Positions 50,660 to 58,776 of a stretch of DNA of 64,000 bases are shown here, one piece after another. The position numbers and the translations under genes are program-made. The stretch is from Candidatus Latescibacterota bacterium. Its GTDB lineage: Bacteria > Latescibacterota > UBA2968 > GCA-2709665. The stretch is taken from assembly GCA_965219995.1 (NCBI GenBank), contig CBDCOX010000002.1:3648001-3712000 (forward strand), given 5' to 3'. The notes beneath the pieces were generated by a model, which ran no database searches, had not been told where the DNA came from, and saw nothing but the letters and a program-made list of their open reading frames with translations. Every line of letters starts with the position of its first letter. The first letter of the stretch is position 1.

Positions 50660-51451
50660 TCAGCTGCCCGGATTCCGCTCCAGCGTTTCAAGCCAGCGAT
50701 AGCCGAAGGTGGGGATATTGCTTGAGGCCGCCGTCGCGCCGCCGGGGAACATGCTGAATCGTTCCACCCGCAGGCGGTAGCTGTAACCGTGTACCGGCCG
50801 GAAATCCACGAATTCACTTCGGAACGCGGCGCCGTTGACGACGTTGCAGAAACTCGAACCGGTCTCATCGCACTTGATCCTGCCGGGCCCCACGGTGATT
50901 TCTTCCTCCTGAGTGCCCGCCGCCTCGGTCTTCGCGACGATTTCACCCAACACATGGCGGCCATCGCCATATTTGTTTACATTCAATGTATAGTAATATC
51001 CCGCTTCGTATTCGAAATTTGTGATAATATCATCGTACGATTCGCCGTCTACGAGCAGACAAAAGTCATCGGCAATCGAGCATTTTACCCGGGTTGGGGC
51101 CAGGGACAATGTCACCGGGGTGGATGGCGCGAGGTCTCTCTCCAGCTGTTCCAGCAGCCGATAGGCATATTTGCCGGCATCCTGCGGCGGCTCCTCTCCG
51201 CCCCACGGGTCGTATTTTCCGATCCGCAGGCGGTAGGTGTAGCCCGGTTCGAAGGTGAAGCCATCGATCCCGTCGTAAAACAGCAAGCCGTCAACCACCA
51301 TGCAGGTACGTTCGCCCACGCCGTAACATCTGGCCAGGGTCGGACCAACGGTGACTTCCAGAATTTCAACATAGCGCGGTCCGACCGCATCGTCACATGC
51401 GGCCAACGTCAGAACGAAAACGAAGGGAAGCGCAAACTTTTCGGTTCGCAT
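50660..51451 (-). CDS. Lipoprotein with three tandem DUF4377-like domains
   Basis: Lipobox LAAC; three repeats of P-x4-C-x(6-7)-C-x2-V...G-Y-x-Y-x-L. Confidence 0.8.
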   Translation of the reverse strand: MRTEKFALPFVFVLTLAACDDAVGPRYVEILEVTVGPTLARCYGVGERTCMVVDGLLFYDGIDGFTFEPGYTYRLRIGKYDPWGGEEPPQDAGKYAYRLLEQLERDLAPSTPVTLSLAPTRVKCSIADDFCLLVDGESYDDIITNFEYEAGYYYTLNVNKYGDGRHVLGEIVAKTEAAGTQEEEITVGPGRIKCDETGSSFCNVVNGAAFRSEFVDFRPVHGYSYRLRVERFSMFPGGATAASSNIPTFGYRWLETLERNPGS

Positions 51452-51593
51452 TCGGGCACCCTCCAATCGAGTATCGCATCCTGGTGCGTTGTTCCCGGCA
51501 TCCTGAATTCGTCGATTCTGCGCTCCAAAGCGTCCTGATGCGGCCGATCGAGGCCTTACAGGCTTGTCCTGTGCGACGACCGCAATTCAAAAG

Positions 51594-51623
51594 TTGACAA
51601 GACCGGTTCTTCCAATATAACTT
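51594..51623 (+). promoter_or_regulatory. Candidate promoter of the TonB-dependent receptor
   Basis: TTGACA followed by TATAAC (16-nt spacer) or TAACTT (18-nt spacer) in an AT-rich divergent spacer. Confidence 0.55.
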
Positions 51624-51787
51624 TAAAATATATAACAAAAATCGATAATTGGACAATGGCCGGAGACCAACATCCGGGTTGCCGGCTCCTCAGCGCGGGA
51701 CTACAGATAACTGAAACATTCAGAATGCGATTCTCTTTGAATTCGCCATTTCAGGGCCCGGCCCTGATCGCTTGAGGGGGTAAGACG

Positions 51788-54745
51788 GTGCGCACGTTTC
51801 TATTTTGCTGGCTGGTGCTGGGATGCGGTTCTGTTCTTGCCCAGCCCGACGGCTATATCGAAGGGACGGTCAGAGGCGAAGGCGGCGAGACCCTTCCCGG
51901 CGCTTATATCGCTGTTCAGGGCGGCGATCTTCCGGAGGGAACCGTGGCGGCTGCCGGCGATGAGGGGCGGTTCCGAATCGCCGTTCCAGCGGGGAATTAC
52001 CGGATCGAAATCACATTCATCGGGTACAAGGCGGTGATACGTGACGATGTTGCCGTGCAATCGGAGCGGTCCACCGTGCTCGATGTGATCCTCAGGGAGC
52101 AAGTCATTCTCTTGGAGCAGAGTGTGGTTTCCGCTTCCCGCCGCCGGGAGAAGATCCTGGACGCTCCCGCCTCCGTCACGGTGGTCGAGACCGCCGATAT
52201 CCGCAACAACCCTTCGATGAACGTCGCCGACCACGTGAAGGATCTGCCGTCGGTTGACTTCGCGAAAACCGGACTGGCCAACAGCAGCATCGTGGTGCGC
52301 GGCTTCAACAGTGTATTTACCGGTACCCTGCTTATGATGACGGACAACCGGCTTGCCCGGGTGCCGTCCGTGCGGGTGAACGCCCCGAATTTCATTCCCA
52401 TTACCAGCGACGACGTGGAGCGCATCGAGGTGGTCCTGGGGCCGGGGTCGGCGCTGTACGGGCCCAACAGCGCCGACGGGGTCATGCACATCATTACCCA
52501 CTCTCCTTTTACGTCGCAGGGAACGAGCGCGCATTTCGGATACGGAGAGCGCAACCTTCGCCAGGCTTCGATTCGCCACGCAGGCAAGGTCGGAGACCGG
52601 GTGGGCTACAAGGTATCCGCCCGGTACTATACAGGGACGGAGTGGGATTACGTCGACCCGGAGGAGGTGCGAGCCAGGGAACGCAGGGACGAGGAAATCG
52701 CCGCGGGTCTGAACCTGCCGCCGCTTCCGACCCGCAATCCCGAAACCAATAATCTCGGTCTGGAAGCGCGTCTTGATTGGCGCCCGTCGGACAACTTCAC
52801 CGCCATCTTTTCTGCAGGGCACAACAAGGCCGACCTGGTGGGTCTGACTGGCGTGGGGGCCTCGCAGACGAGAGACTGGCAGTACAACTACGCCCAGTTG
52901 CGCGTGTTGTACGGCGACTGGTTTATCCAGGCCTTTCGAAACTGGACCGATTCGGGCGGCACCTTTCTGCTGCGCACCGGCGACCCCGTGGTCGACCTCT
53001 CCTCCCTCACGGTATTCCAGGCGCAACGTCTGTCGAAACTGGGCAAACGCCAGCGATTCACGTACGGCCTGGACGCATTGCTAACGCGGCCCGATACCGA
53101 AAAAACCGTTATGGGCAGAAACGAGGACGATGACGACCTGAACGAGTTCGGGGTGTACCTGCAGAGCGAAACCTCCCTTTCCAGGATGCTCGACCTCGTG
53201 CTTGCCCTGCGCTACGACTACCACAGCCGCCTGGCGGACCCGGAATTCTCGCCCCGCGCCGCGCTGGTCTTCAAGCCGGAGCCGACCCAGACGTGGCGCC
53301 TGACGTATAACCGTGCGTTCACCACGCCCACGTCGAACAATCTCTACCTCGATCTGCTGGCAACCCGGGACCCCTTCGGGTTCAGCGGTCTTTTCGGGCC
53401 GATGTTCACGTCGCGCGGCCTGGCGTTCGATCCGATCGACCTCTGGACCCAGGGAAACTACCAGGATGACGGTTACGGCTTCACGTTCCGGAGGGAAGGG
53501 GGCCGGCCGCTGTTCCGCTCTCCGTTTGCCCAGATGGCAGGCTTTCCCGCCGACGAGTATCTGCGTCTGGACGACCCGGTTTTTACCAACGTGATGTGGG
53601 GTATCGGCAGGGAGGTGGTGCTGGAGGAGTTGTTGCCCACCGTAAAGGAAATGGCCGTGGGCATCCTGATCGAACAGGGAATGGGCGCCGATGAAGCCCG
53701 TGCCTTCGCGAACGGACTGGCTGAGGCGTTTCCCGGTATCGTTCCGGAGCAATTGACCGGTCTTCGCAATATCATGGGCCGGTTGAATATCGCGTCGCCG
53801 CCGCTCGGCGAAGAGCCGGAAAATATCCTGCAGCCGTTCTTCTTTGTCGAGTCGGACGGCGCCACGCCGGTTACCGCCTATGACGTTCCGCGCATCCAGT
53901 CCGCGATTACGAGGACGATCGAGTTCGGCTACAAGGGCGTTCTGGCCAACAAACTCATCGTGGCCGCGGATCTGTATCAGTCCAGAATCGAGAATTACGT
54001 GGGCTCGGTCTCCGTGGAAACTCCCAACGTCTTTCTCGAACCGGAGAGTCTGGCCGAGGCGCTGAGTCGAGGATTCGAACAGACACTCTCCGATCCGTCC
54101 AACGCGGTGCTGGCCGCCGGACTTCAACTGATTGACAACGTGCAGGTGCCGGGACTCCTGGAGGGCAACCGGAACGGTTCGCCGGTGGACGAACTGACCG
54201 CCATCTTCGTGGCCGGGGCGGCGGCGATCCCATACGGAACGGTGTCGCCGGAGCAGGCGACCGATCCCTACGCGATGGTGCTGACCTACCGCAATTATGA
54301 AGAAATCACCATACGCGGGCTGGACCTGAGCATGGCCTACTATCCGACGGCGCAATGGCGGCTGACCGGCAACTATTCCTATGTGAGCGAGAATTTCTTC
54401 AAGAACCTTAAGTATACGAATGTCCCGGGGGTTGGCGATATCACGTTGAATTCGCCAAGGCACAAATTCAAACTGGGGGCGACGTACGACTTCTCCCGGT
54501 GGGGGCTGGCGGTTGGCGGCGCCTTGCGCTTCACCGATTCCTTCCCCATGCAGTCCGGGGTGTACGTGGGCGACGTGGACGCCTATACGGTGCTCGACCT
54601 GAAGCTGAGTTATAAGTTGCCCGTTGAACGGGATATGGTTTTCCACATCGACGGGAGCAATGTGCTGAATACGCGCTACCAGTCATTCATCGGGGCCCCG
54701 GAGGTGGGCCGCCTCGTATTCAGCCAGGTCAGCATGCGGTTTTAA
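51788..54745 (+). CDS. TonB-dependent outer membrane receptor with N-terminal carboxypeptidase-regulatory-like domain
   Basis: Signal peptide, VVSASRR, ERIEVVLGPGSALYG plug motif, SPRAALVF, C-terminal Phe. Confidence 0.95.
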   Translation: MRTFLFCWLVLGCGSVLAQPDGYIEGTVRGEGGETLPGAYIAVQGGDLPEGTVAAAGDEGRFRIAVPAGNYRIEITFIGYKAVIRDDVAVQSERSTVLDVILREQVILLEQSVVSASRRREKILDAPASVTVVETADIRNNPSMNVADHVKDLPSVDFAKTGLANSSIVVRGFNSVFTGTLLMMTDNRLARVPSVRVNAPNFIPITSDDVERIEVVLGPGSALYGPNSADGVMHIITHSPFTSQGTSAHFGYGERNLRQASIRHAGKVGDRVGYKVSARYYTGTEWDYVDPEEVRARERRDEEIAAGLNLPPLPTRNPETNNLGLEARLDWRPSDNFTAIFSAGHNKADLVGLTGVGASQTRDWQYNYAQLRVLYGDWFIQAFRNWTDSGGTFLLRTGDPVVDLSSLTVFQAQRLSKLGKRQRFTYGLDALLTRPDTEKTVMGRNEDDDDLNEFGVYLQSETSLSRMLDLVLALRYDYHSRLADPEFSPRAALVFKPEPTQTWRLTYNRAFTTPTSNNLYLDLLATRDPFGFSGLFGPMFTSRGLAFDPIDLWTQGNYQDDGYGFTFRREGGRPLFRSPFAQMAGFPADEYLRLDDPVFTNVMWGIGREVVLEELLPTVKEMAVGILIEQGMGADEARAFANGLAEAFPGIVPEQLTGLRNIMGRLNIASPPLGEEPENILQPFFFVESDGATPVTAYDVPRIQSAITRTIEFGYKGVLANKLIVAADLYQSRIENYVGSVSVETPNVFLEPESLAEALSRGFEQTLSDPSNAVLAAGLQLIDNVQVPGLLEGNRNGSPVDELTAIFVAGAAAIPYGTVSPEQATDPYAMVLTYRNYEEITIRGLDLSMAYYPTAQWRLTGNYSYVSENFFKNLKYTNVPGVGDITLNSPRHKFKLGATYDFSRWGLAVGGALRFTDSFPMQSGVYVGDVDAYTVLDLKLSYKLPVERDMVFHIDGSNVLNTRYQSFIGAPEVGRLVFSQVSMRF

Positions 54746-54900
54746 CCATGATTCGTATGGTTTCGAGGACGTTAAATCGAATATATGCAAATTGATAAAG
54801 GCGATTAAACTGCGGATTACCACGATACACCAGGTCACCGAACGTGAACGGAAGTATCATCCTTATGGACGACCTTGATACTCCGTTTGGCACCGGTCTG

Positions 54901-54927
54901 TTCTGTGTCTCTTGTGCTTTTTGTGGC
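54901..54927. repeat. Degenerate 9-mer array (x3)
   Basis: ttctgtgtc-tcttgtgct-ttttgtggc. Confidence 0.5.
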
Positions 54928-54984
54928 CAATTTGACTGTTGTCTTTTTTGAATCGAGGTCAATCGCGTGCAATGGAAGGTAAGT

Positions 54985-55018
54985 GAGGGGGTGCGGCGAC
55001 TGCCGCACCCCCTCTTTT
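54985..55018 (+). terminator. Intrinsic terminator
   Basis: Perfect 13-bp stem GAGGGGGTGCGGC/GCCGCACCCCCTC, loop GACT, then TTTT. Confidence 0.8.
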
Positions 55019-55039
55019 GCGAGGCAGAGGTCTGATAAT

Positions 55040-56038
55040 ATGTCTGGCAACAGGACATCAGCGGAGAATTCGAAAGAGACGCATGACGGTGGGGCGTCCG
55101 TCCGCGATATGACGGCGGCGCTTGATCGCGCCAAGGGGGCGCTGATCGGTCTCGCTTTGGGGGACGCGCTCGGCACGACGCTGGAATTTGCCGGCAGGGA
55201 TACAAGGCCGCAGGTTATCGAACTGGTGGGCGGGGGCCCGTTCGACCTGGCGCCGGGTGAGTGGACCGACGACACGAGCATGGCCCTCTGTCTCGCGGAA
55301 TCGCTTCTTGAACGGGGCCGGCTGGACGTTCACGATCTGATGAATCGGTTCCTCCGGTGGTATAAGGAGGGACATAACTCGGTCACCGGCATGTGTTTCG
55401 ACATCGGTGTGACCACGGAACGGGCGTTCCGGACTTTCAGCGAATCCGGGGAGCCGTTGAGCGGCAGCATCGATCCGCGCAGCGCCGGGAACGGATCTCT
55501 GATGCGGCTCTCGCCGGTGGCGATCCGATGGTGGCGCGACCGGGCGGAGGCGACGGCGGCCGCGCGTTTGCAGAGCCGCACCACGCACGGCGCCGCGCAG
55601 GCGGTGGAGGCGTGCGCGTTCTATGCCGAACTGCTGGTCGAGGCGATCGCAGGAGCGCCGAAGGAGACCGTCCTGCGCGCCAGAGAGTGGAGCGGCGACG
55701 CTCAGATCGCCGGGGTGGCCGCGGGGTCGTGGCGCGCAAAGGAACGCGACGCGATTTCCTCGTCCGGTTACGTATTGCACACGCTCGAAGCGGCCCTGTG
55801 GTGCGTCGATAGATCGGAATCCATTGAGAACGCCCTGATTCTGGCTGCCAATCTCGCCGATGACGCCGACACCGTGGCCGCCGTCACCGGTCAACTCGCC
55901 GGCGCGCTTTGGGGCATGTTGGGCGCTCCCGCCGGGTGGCTCGAGAAACTGGCGTGGCGCGGGCGCCTGGAAGCGCTCGCCACCGGCCTGTTCGAGACCG
56001 CCAACAGCGAGCGGGCCGACTGGAATGCCACCACCTAA
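55040..56038 (+). CDS. ADP-ribosylglycohydrolase (DraG/Tri1-like)
   Basis: GDALG, WTDDTSM, GNGSLMR, TTH, DADTVAAVTG; start uncertain (55040 or 55109). Confidence 0.93.
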   Translation: MSGNRTSAENSKETHDGGASVRDMTAALDRAKGALIGLALGDALGTTLEFAGRDTRPQVIELVGGGPFDLAPGEWTDDTSMALCLAESLLERGRLDVHDLMNRFLRWYKEGHNSVTGMCFDIGVTTERAFRTFSESGEPLSGSIDPRSAGNGSLMRLSPVAIRWWRDRAEATAAARLQSRTTHGAAQAVEACAFYAELLVEAIAGAPKETVLRAREWSGDAQIAGVAAGSWRAKERDAISSSGYVLHTLEAALWCVDRSESIENALILAANLADDADTVAAVTGQLAGALWGMLGAPAGWLEKLAWRGRLEALATGLFETANSERADWNATT

Positions 56039-56874
56039 CCCGTTAGACTTCCGTACCCCAGTCCCACGGCTTTTTTCACCGCCTCCAGCGTCCGCTGGCC
56101 CTCGATCCTCGCTTCCGACCCCCCCAGATGCAGGACGTCTCCGACCCGAGTTCGCGTACCTTCCAGCTGCGCCGCTGCGATCCGAAACGGCTCCTGCTCG
56201 GCATCCTTCCGCGCCGCCTGCGCCTCCCCATTTTTCGTCGTCCCAACCTGCTCTTCGGCATCCGCAAACCCAACCGCAATTGAGTCACCCACGCGCATTC
56301 CGGTATTTCCGCAGGGACCATTCATCCTTACGCTCTGCTGGTACCCGGGCAGAGGAAAGACGGTCCCGAATTTGCGATTGAATCGACGCGCTACTTCCCG
56401 GCACAGATTCGAGCGCATCCGCTGACCGGGGCCTGCAGCAACAATCGAAGGCCGGAATAGCAGCACGTCCGCCGGCTGAAATACCGTAGAACCGGCAGAC
56501 CCGAGTTCTGGCGACCGCCTCGCTGCATCCCGCTCCCGTTTCGCCTCCGGACCGTCCATCGGGGCGGGCAGCGTAATTGCATGATCGAGAATCATCGCCA
56601 ACTCCCCGAGTTGCGGAACCTGCGACTGCAGAAAGCAGACGCTTCGCTCCGGATCGAACCCGGAGGCCAGAAGATTCGTGACAAGCTTGCGAATGTTGAG
56701 TTCGATCCCGCGTGGATGTTCCCGATCCCTGCGCAATGCATCGAAGTCGGCGATCATGAAAAAACACCTTGCATCCGCCTGCCGGTCAAGCAGGTGTTTC
56801 AGGAACCCGATCAAGTGTCCCAGGTTCATTCGTTCCGTTGGCCGGACACCGGCCAGGACAATCGGACGTTTCAT
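56035..56874 (-). CDS. Degenerate tryptophanyl-tRNA synthetase-like protein (pseudoenzyme or decaying paralogue)
   Basis: GVRPT-x-MNLGH, FMIAD, GFDPERS, FLQS, ARRFN..FG..FPLP and the C-terminal helix are retained; no KMSKS; AGGGAG SD; no internal stops. Confidence 0.82.
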   Translation of the reverse strand: MKRPIVLAGVRPTERMNLGHLIGFLKHLLDRQADARCFFMIADFDALRRDREHPRGIELNIRKLVTNLLASGFDPERSVCFLQSQVPQLGELAMILDHAITLPAPMDGPEAKRERDAARRSPELGSAGSTVFQPADVLLFRPSIVAAGPGQRMRSNLCREVARRFNRKFGTVFPLPGYQQSVRMNGPCGNTGMRVGDSIAVGFADAEEQVGTTKNGEAQAARKDAEQEPFRIAAAQLEGTRTRVGDVLHLGGSEARIEGQRTLEAVKKAVGLGYGSLTG

Positions 56875-56961
56875 TCTGAATACTCCCTATTTTCAAATGT
56901 CTCTTATTTGAACGACGGACCGGCGCCCGGGCGCCGCGTTGGGATGTGCGTTTAGCCATAC

Positions 56962-56998
56962 AAGAAAAGCCGCGATCCACCTTCAGGTGAACCGCGGC
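56962..56998 (-). terminator. Intrinsic terminator/attenuator between trpS and the paralogue
   Basis: GCCGCGGTTCACC-TGAA-GGTGGATCGCGGC (13 bp, two G-U pairs) followed by TTTTCTT. Confidence 0.85.
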
Positions 56999-57120
56999 CA
57001 TCGCCACTCCTTCACGCACGGATCATCCGGTGGCGGACGCACGGCTCCCGTTGCCCCGAGCCACCAGCGGTGAAGGGAAATCGCCGCGTTACCAGACAGA
57101 ATGCCCGAATGTTGTGTCAT
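56983..57120 (-). CDS. Putative second Trp-rich leader peptide (45 aa)
   Basis: MTQHSGILSGNAAISLHRWWLGATGAVRPPPDDPCVKEWRWPRFT; starts 8 nt after the trpS stop, with GAGG SD overlapping that stop; its own stop lies in the terminator loop. Confidence 0.62.
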   Translation of the reverse strand: MTQHSGILSGNAAISLHRWWLGATGAVRPPPDDPCVKEWRWPRFT

Positions 57121-57128
57121 GGATAGCC

Positions 57129-58205
57129 TCACGATCCCGAGTCCCTCTGTTCGTCCCTGCGCATCCGGTCCCGGGCTTTCCGGGAGATCCGGTTCCAGAC
57201 GCCCGTGAGCCCCATCGCCTTCTTCATTGCCTTCAGCGTTTCATCGGCCACGACCTGGACGCGCTGCGTGCCTTCGTACAACACCTTTTCCACGTACCCG
57301 GAATCCGCTTCGTATCGCGCCCGGCGCTCACGGATTGGGTCCAGAAAACTGTTCAGCGCCCGGGTCAGCTTGTCCTTCACCTCCACGTCGCCGACCGTCC
57401 CGGCGCGGTACCGTGTCTTCAGATTCTCCACCTCATCCCGATCCGGGTTGAACGCGTCGTGGTAGATAAAGACCGGATTCCCTTCCACCTTGCCGGGGAT
57501 ATCCGCACGCACGCGGTTGGGATCGGTAAACATCCCGCGCACCTTCTTCTTCACCGTCTGCGCATCGTCAGACAGAAAGATCGCATTGTCCAGGCTCTTG
57601 CTCATCTTCGCCTGGCCGTCCGTACCCACCAGAACCGGGACCTCGCCGATCAGGGCGTCCGGAATGGGGAAGACCTCCCCGTAATAGCTGTTGAACCGCC
57701 GGGCGATCTCCCGGGTCACCTCGACGTGCGCCAGGTTGTCTTTTCCCACGGGAACCAGGTGCGCCCTTGGAGTCAATATGTCCGCCGCCTGCAGAATAGG
57801 ATATCCGACGAGTCCGAACGGGATCGCCTCTTCGTCCAGCCTGGCGGCGCGCGCCATATCCTTGATGCTGGGCAGCCGGGCGACTCTCGGCAGCGTCACC
57901 AGCATCTCGAAGAAGAGATCCATCTCGTAGACGGCGTGGATGGCCGACTGCAGATAAATGGTCGATCTGGACGGATCGATGCCCACGGCCAGGTAATCCA
58001 GCAGCATCTCCCGCACGTTCTCCCGAAGGGCATGGATGTGTTCCTTCTGCGGCCGGGTGGTGAGCATATGCAGGTCCGCCACGAGAAAATAACATTCGTA
58101 TTCGTCCTGCAGCCGGACCCGGTTTTTCAAGGAGCCCACGTAATGCCCCAGGTGCATCCGCCCCGTGGGACGGTCTCCCGTCAGAATCCGTTTCCGATTG
58201 TTCAT
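57129..58205 (-). CDS. trpS: Tryptophan--tRNA ligase
   Basis: [37 protein letters not shown]; ATG at 58205 after GGAGG. Confidence 0.97.
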   Translation of the reverse strand: MNNRKRILTGDRPTGRMHLGHYVGSLKNRVRLQDEYECYFLVADLHMLTTRPQKEHIHALRENVREMLLDYLAVGIDPSRSTIYLQSAIHAVYEMDLFFEMLVTLPRVARLPSIKDMARAARLDEEAIPFGLVGYPILQAADILTPRAHLVPVGKDNLAHVEVTREIARRFNSYYGEVFPIPDALIGEVPVLVGTDGQAKMSKSLDNAIFLSDDAQTVKKKVRGMFTDPNRVRADIPGKVEGNPVFIYHDAFNPDRDEVENLKTRYRAGTVGDVEVKDKLTRALNSFLDPIRERRARYEADSGYVEKVLYEGTQRVQVVADETLKAMKKAMGLTGVWNRISRKARDRMRRDEQRDSGS

Positions 58206-58218
58206 CGCGTTTTCCTCC

Positions 58219-58251
58219 AAAACAAAAATCCCCGCCGTGGACCGGCAGGGA
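58219..58251 (-). terminator. Attenuator terminator upstream of trpS
   Basis: TCCCTGCCG-GTCCA-CGGCGGGGA followed by TTTTTGTTTT, just before the trpS SD. Confidence 0.85.
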
Positions 58252-58280
58252 CGTTGACTTATCCAGATTGAATCTCAAGT

Positions 58281-58358
58281 TCAGCACGCAGTCAGCCGGC
58301 CGGTACGATTGAAGTCGTGCCACCACCAGCATCCGCTATGTATTCCGCGCGCCGTCAT
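58281..58358 (-). CDS. Trp attenuation leader peptide (25 aa)
   Basis: MTARGIHSGCWWWHDFNRTGRLTAC, three consecutive TGG codons, SD AAGGAAGAGG. Confidence 0.88.
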   Translation of the reverse strand: MTARGIHSGCWWWHDFNRTGRLTAC

Positions 58359-58397
58359 CGCCTCTTCCTTTCAAACCGAACAGTGAATGACCGGTCA

Positions 58398-58426
58398 ACG
58401 ATATCGAATTCCGGATGCCCTGTCAA
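58398..58426 (-). promoter_or_regulatory. Sigma70-type promoter of the trpS leader
   Basis: Minus strand TTGACA-17 nt-TATCGT, 40 bp upstream of the leader ATG. Confidence 0.78.
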
Positions 58427-58487
58427 GCGAATTCTGTTTTTTGCGGTTTTTCCACACCCGCTGCGCCCGATCTTGGATAAATTACAG

Positions 58488-58593
58488 ACATGGACAAACA
58501 TGGATACACAGGATGAACAGGATAAAAACAAAAAAGCACGAGAAAACGAGAAAACGAGGAAAACCGAAAAGCGCGAGAAAACGAGAAAACGAG
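58488..58593. repeat. Purine-skewed short-repeat tract (CAGGAT-type units, then ACGAGAAA units)
   Basis: acatggacaa-acatggatac-acaggatga-acaggat, followed by several acgagaaa units. Confidence 0.75.
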
Positions 58594-58776
58594 TAACGGC
58601 CGTGAAAAGATTCCCCATAGACCGCGCGTCGTCATTCCGGCCACCCTGAACCCGCAACATTTCGGTGACCAACCCAATTCCGGACTCTTCAAGGATTTCG
58701 TTATATGCGCTGCTAATGTTATTCAAAATCAACCGATTATACAACAAACAAACCCGTTTTCAGTGAATAATTCGGG

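Noticed and set aside
51650-51787. Cobalamin or TPP riboswitch before the TonB receptor
   Set aside because: No B12 box or TPP core motifs were recognised.
56969-56985. T-box-like AAGGTGGATCGCGG on the minus strand
   Set aside because: It mismatches the TGGNACC core, lies in the terminator's 3' arm, and no stem I or specifier loop is apparent.
58317-58747. ORFs 58317-58649, 58355-58747 and 58423-58692
   Set aside because: They translate low-complexity repeat tracts and overlap the trpS promoter and leader.
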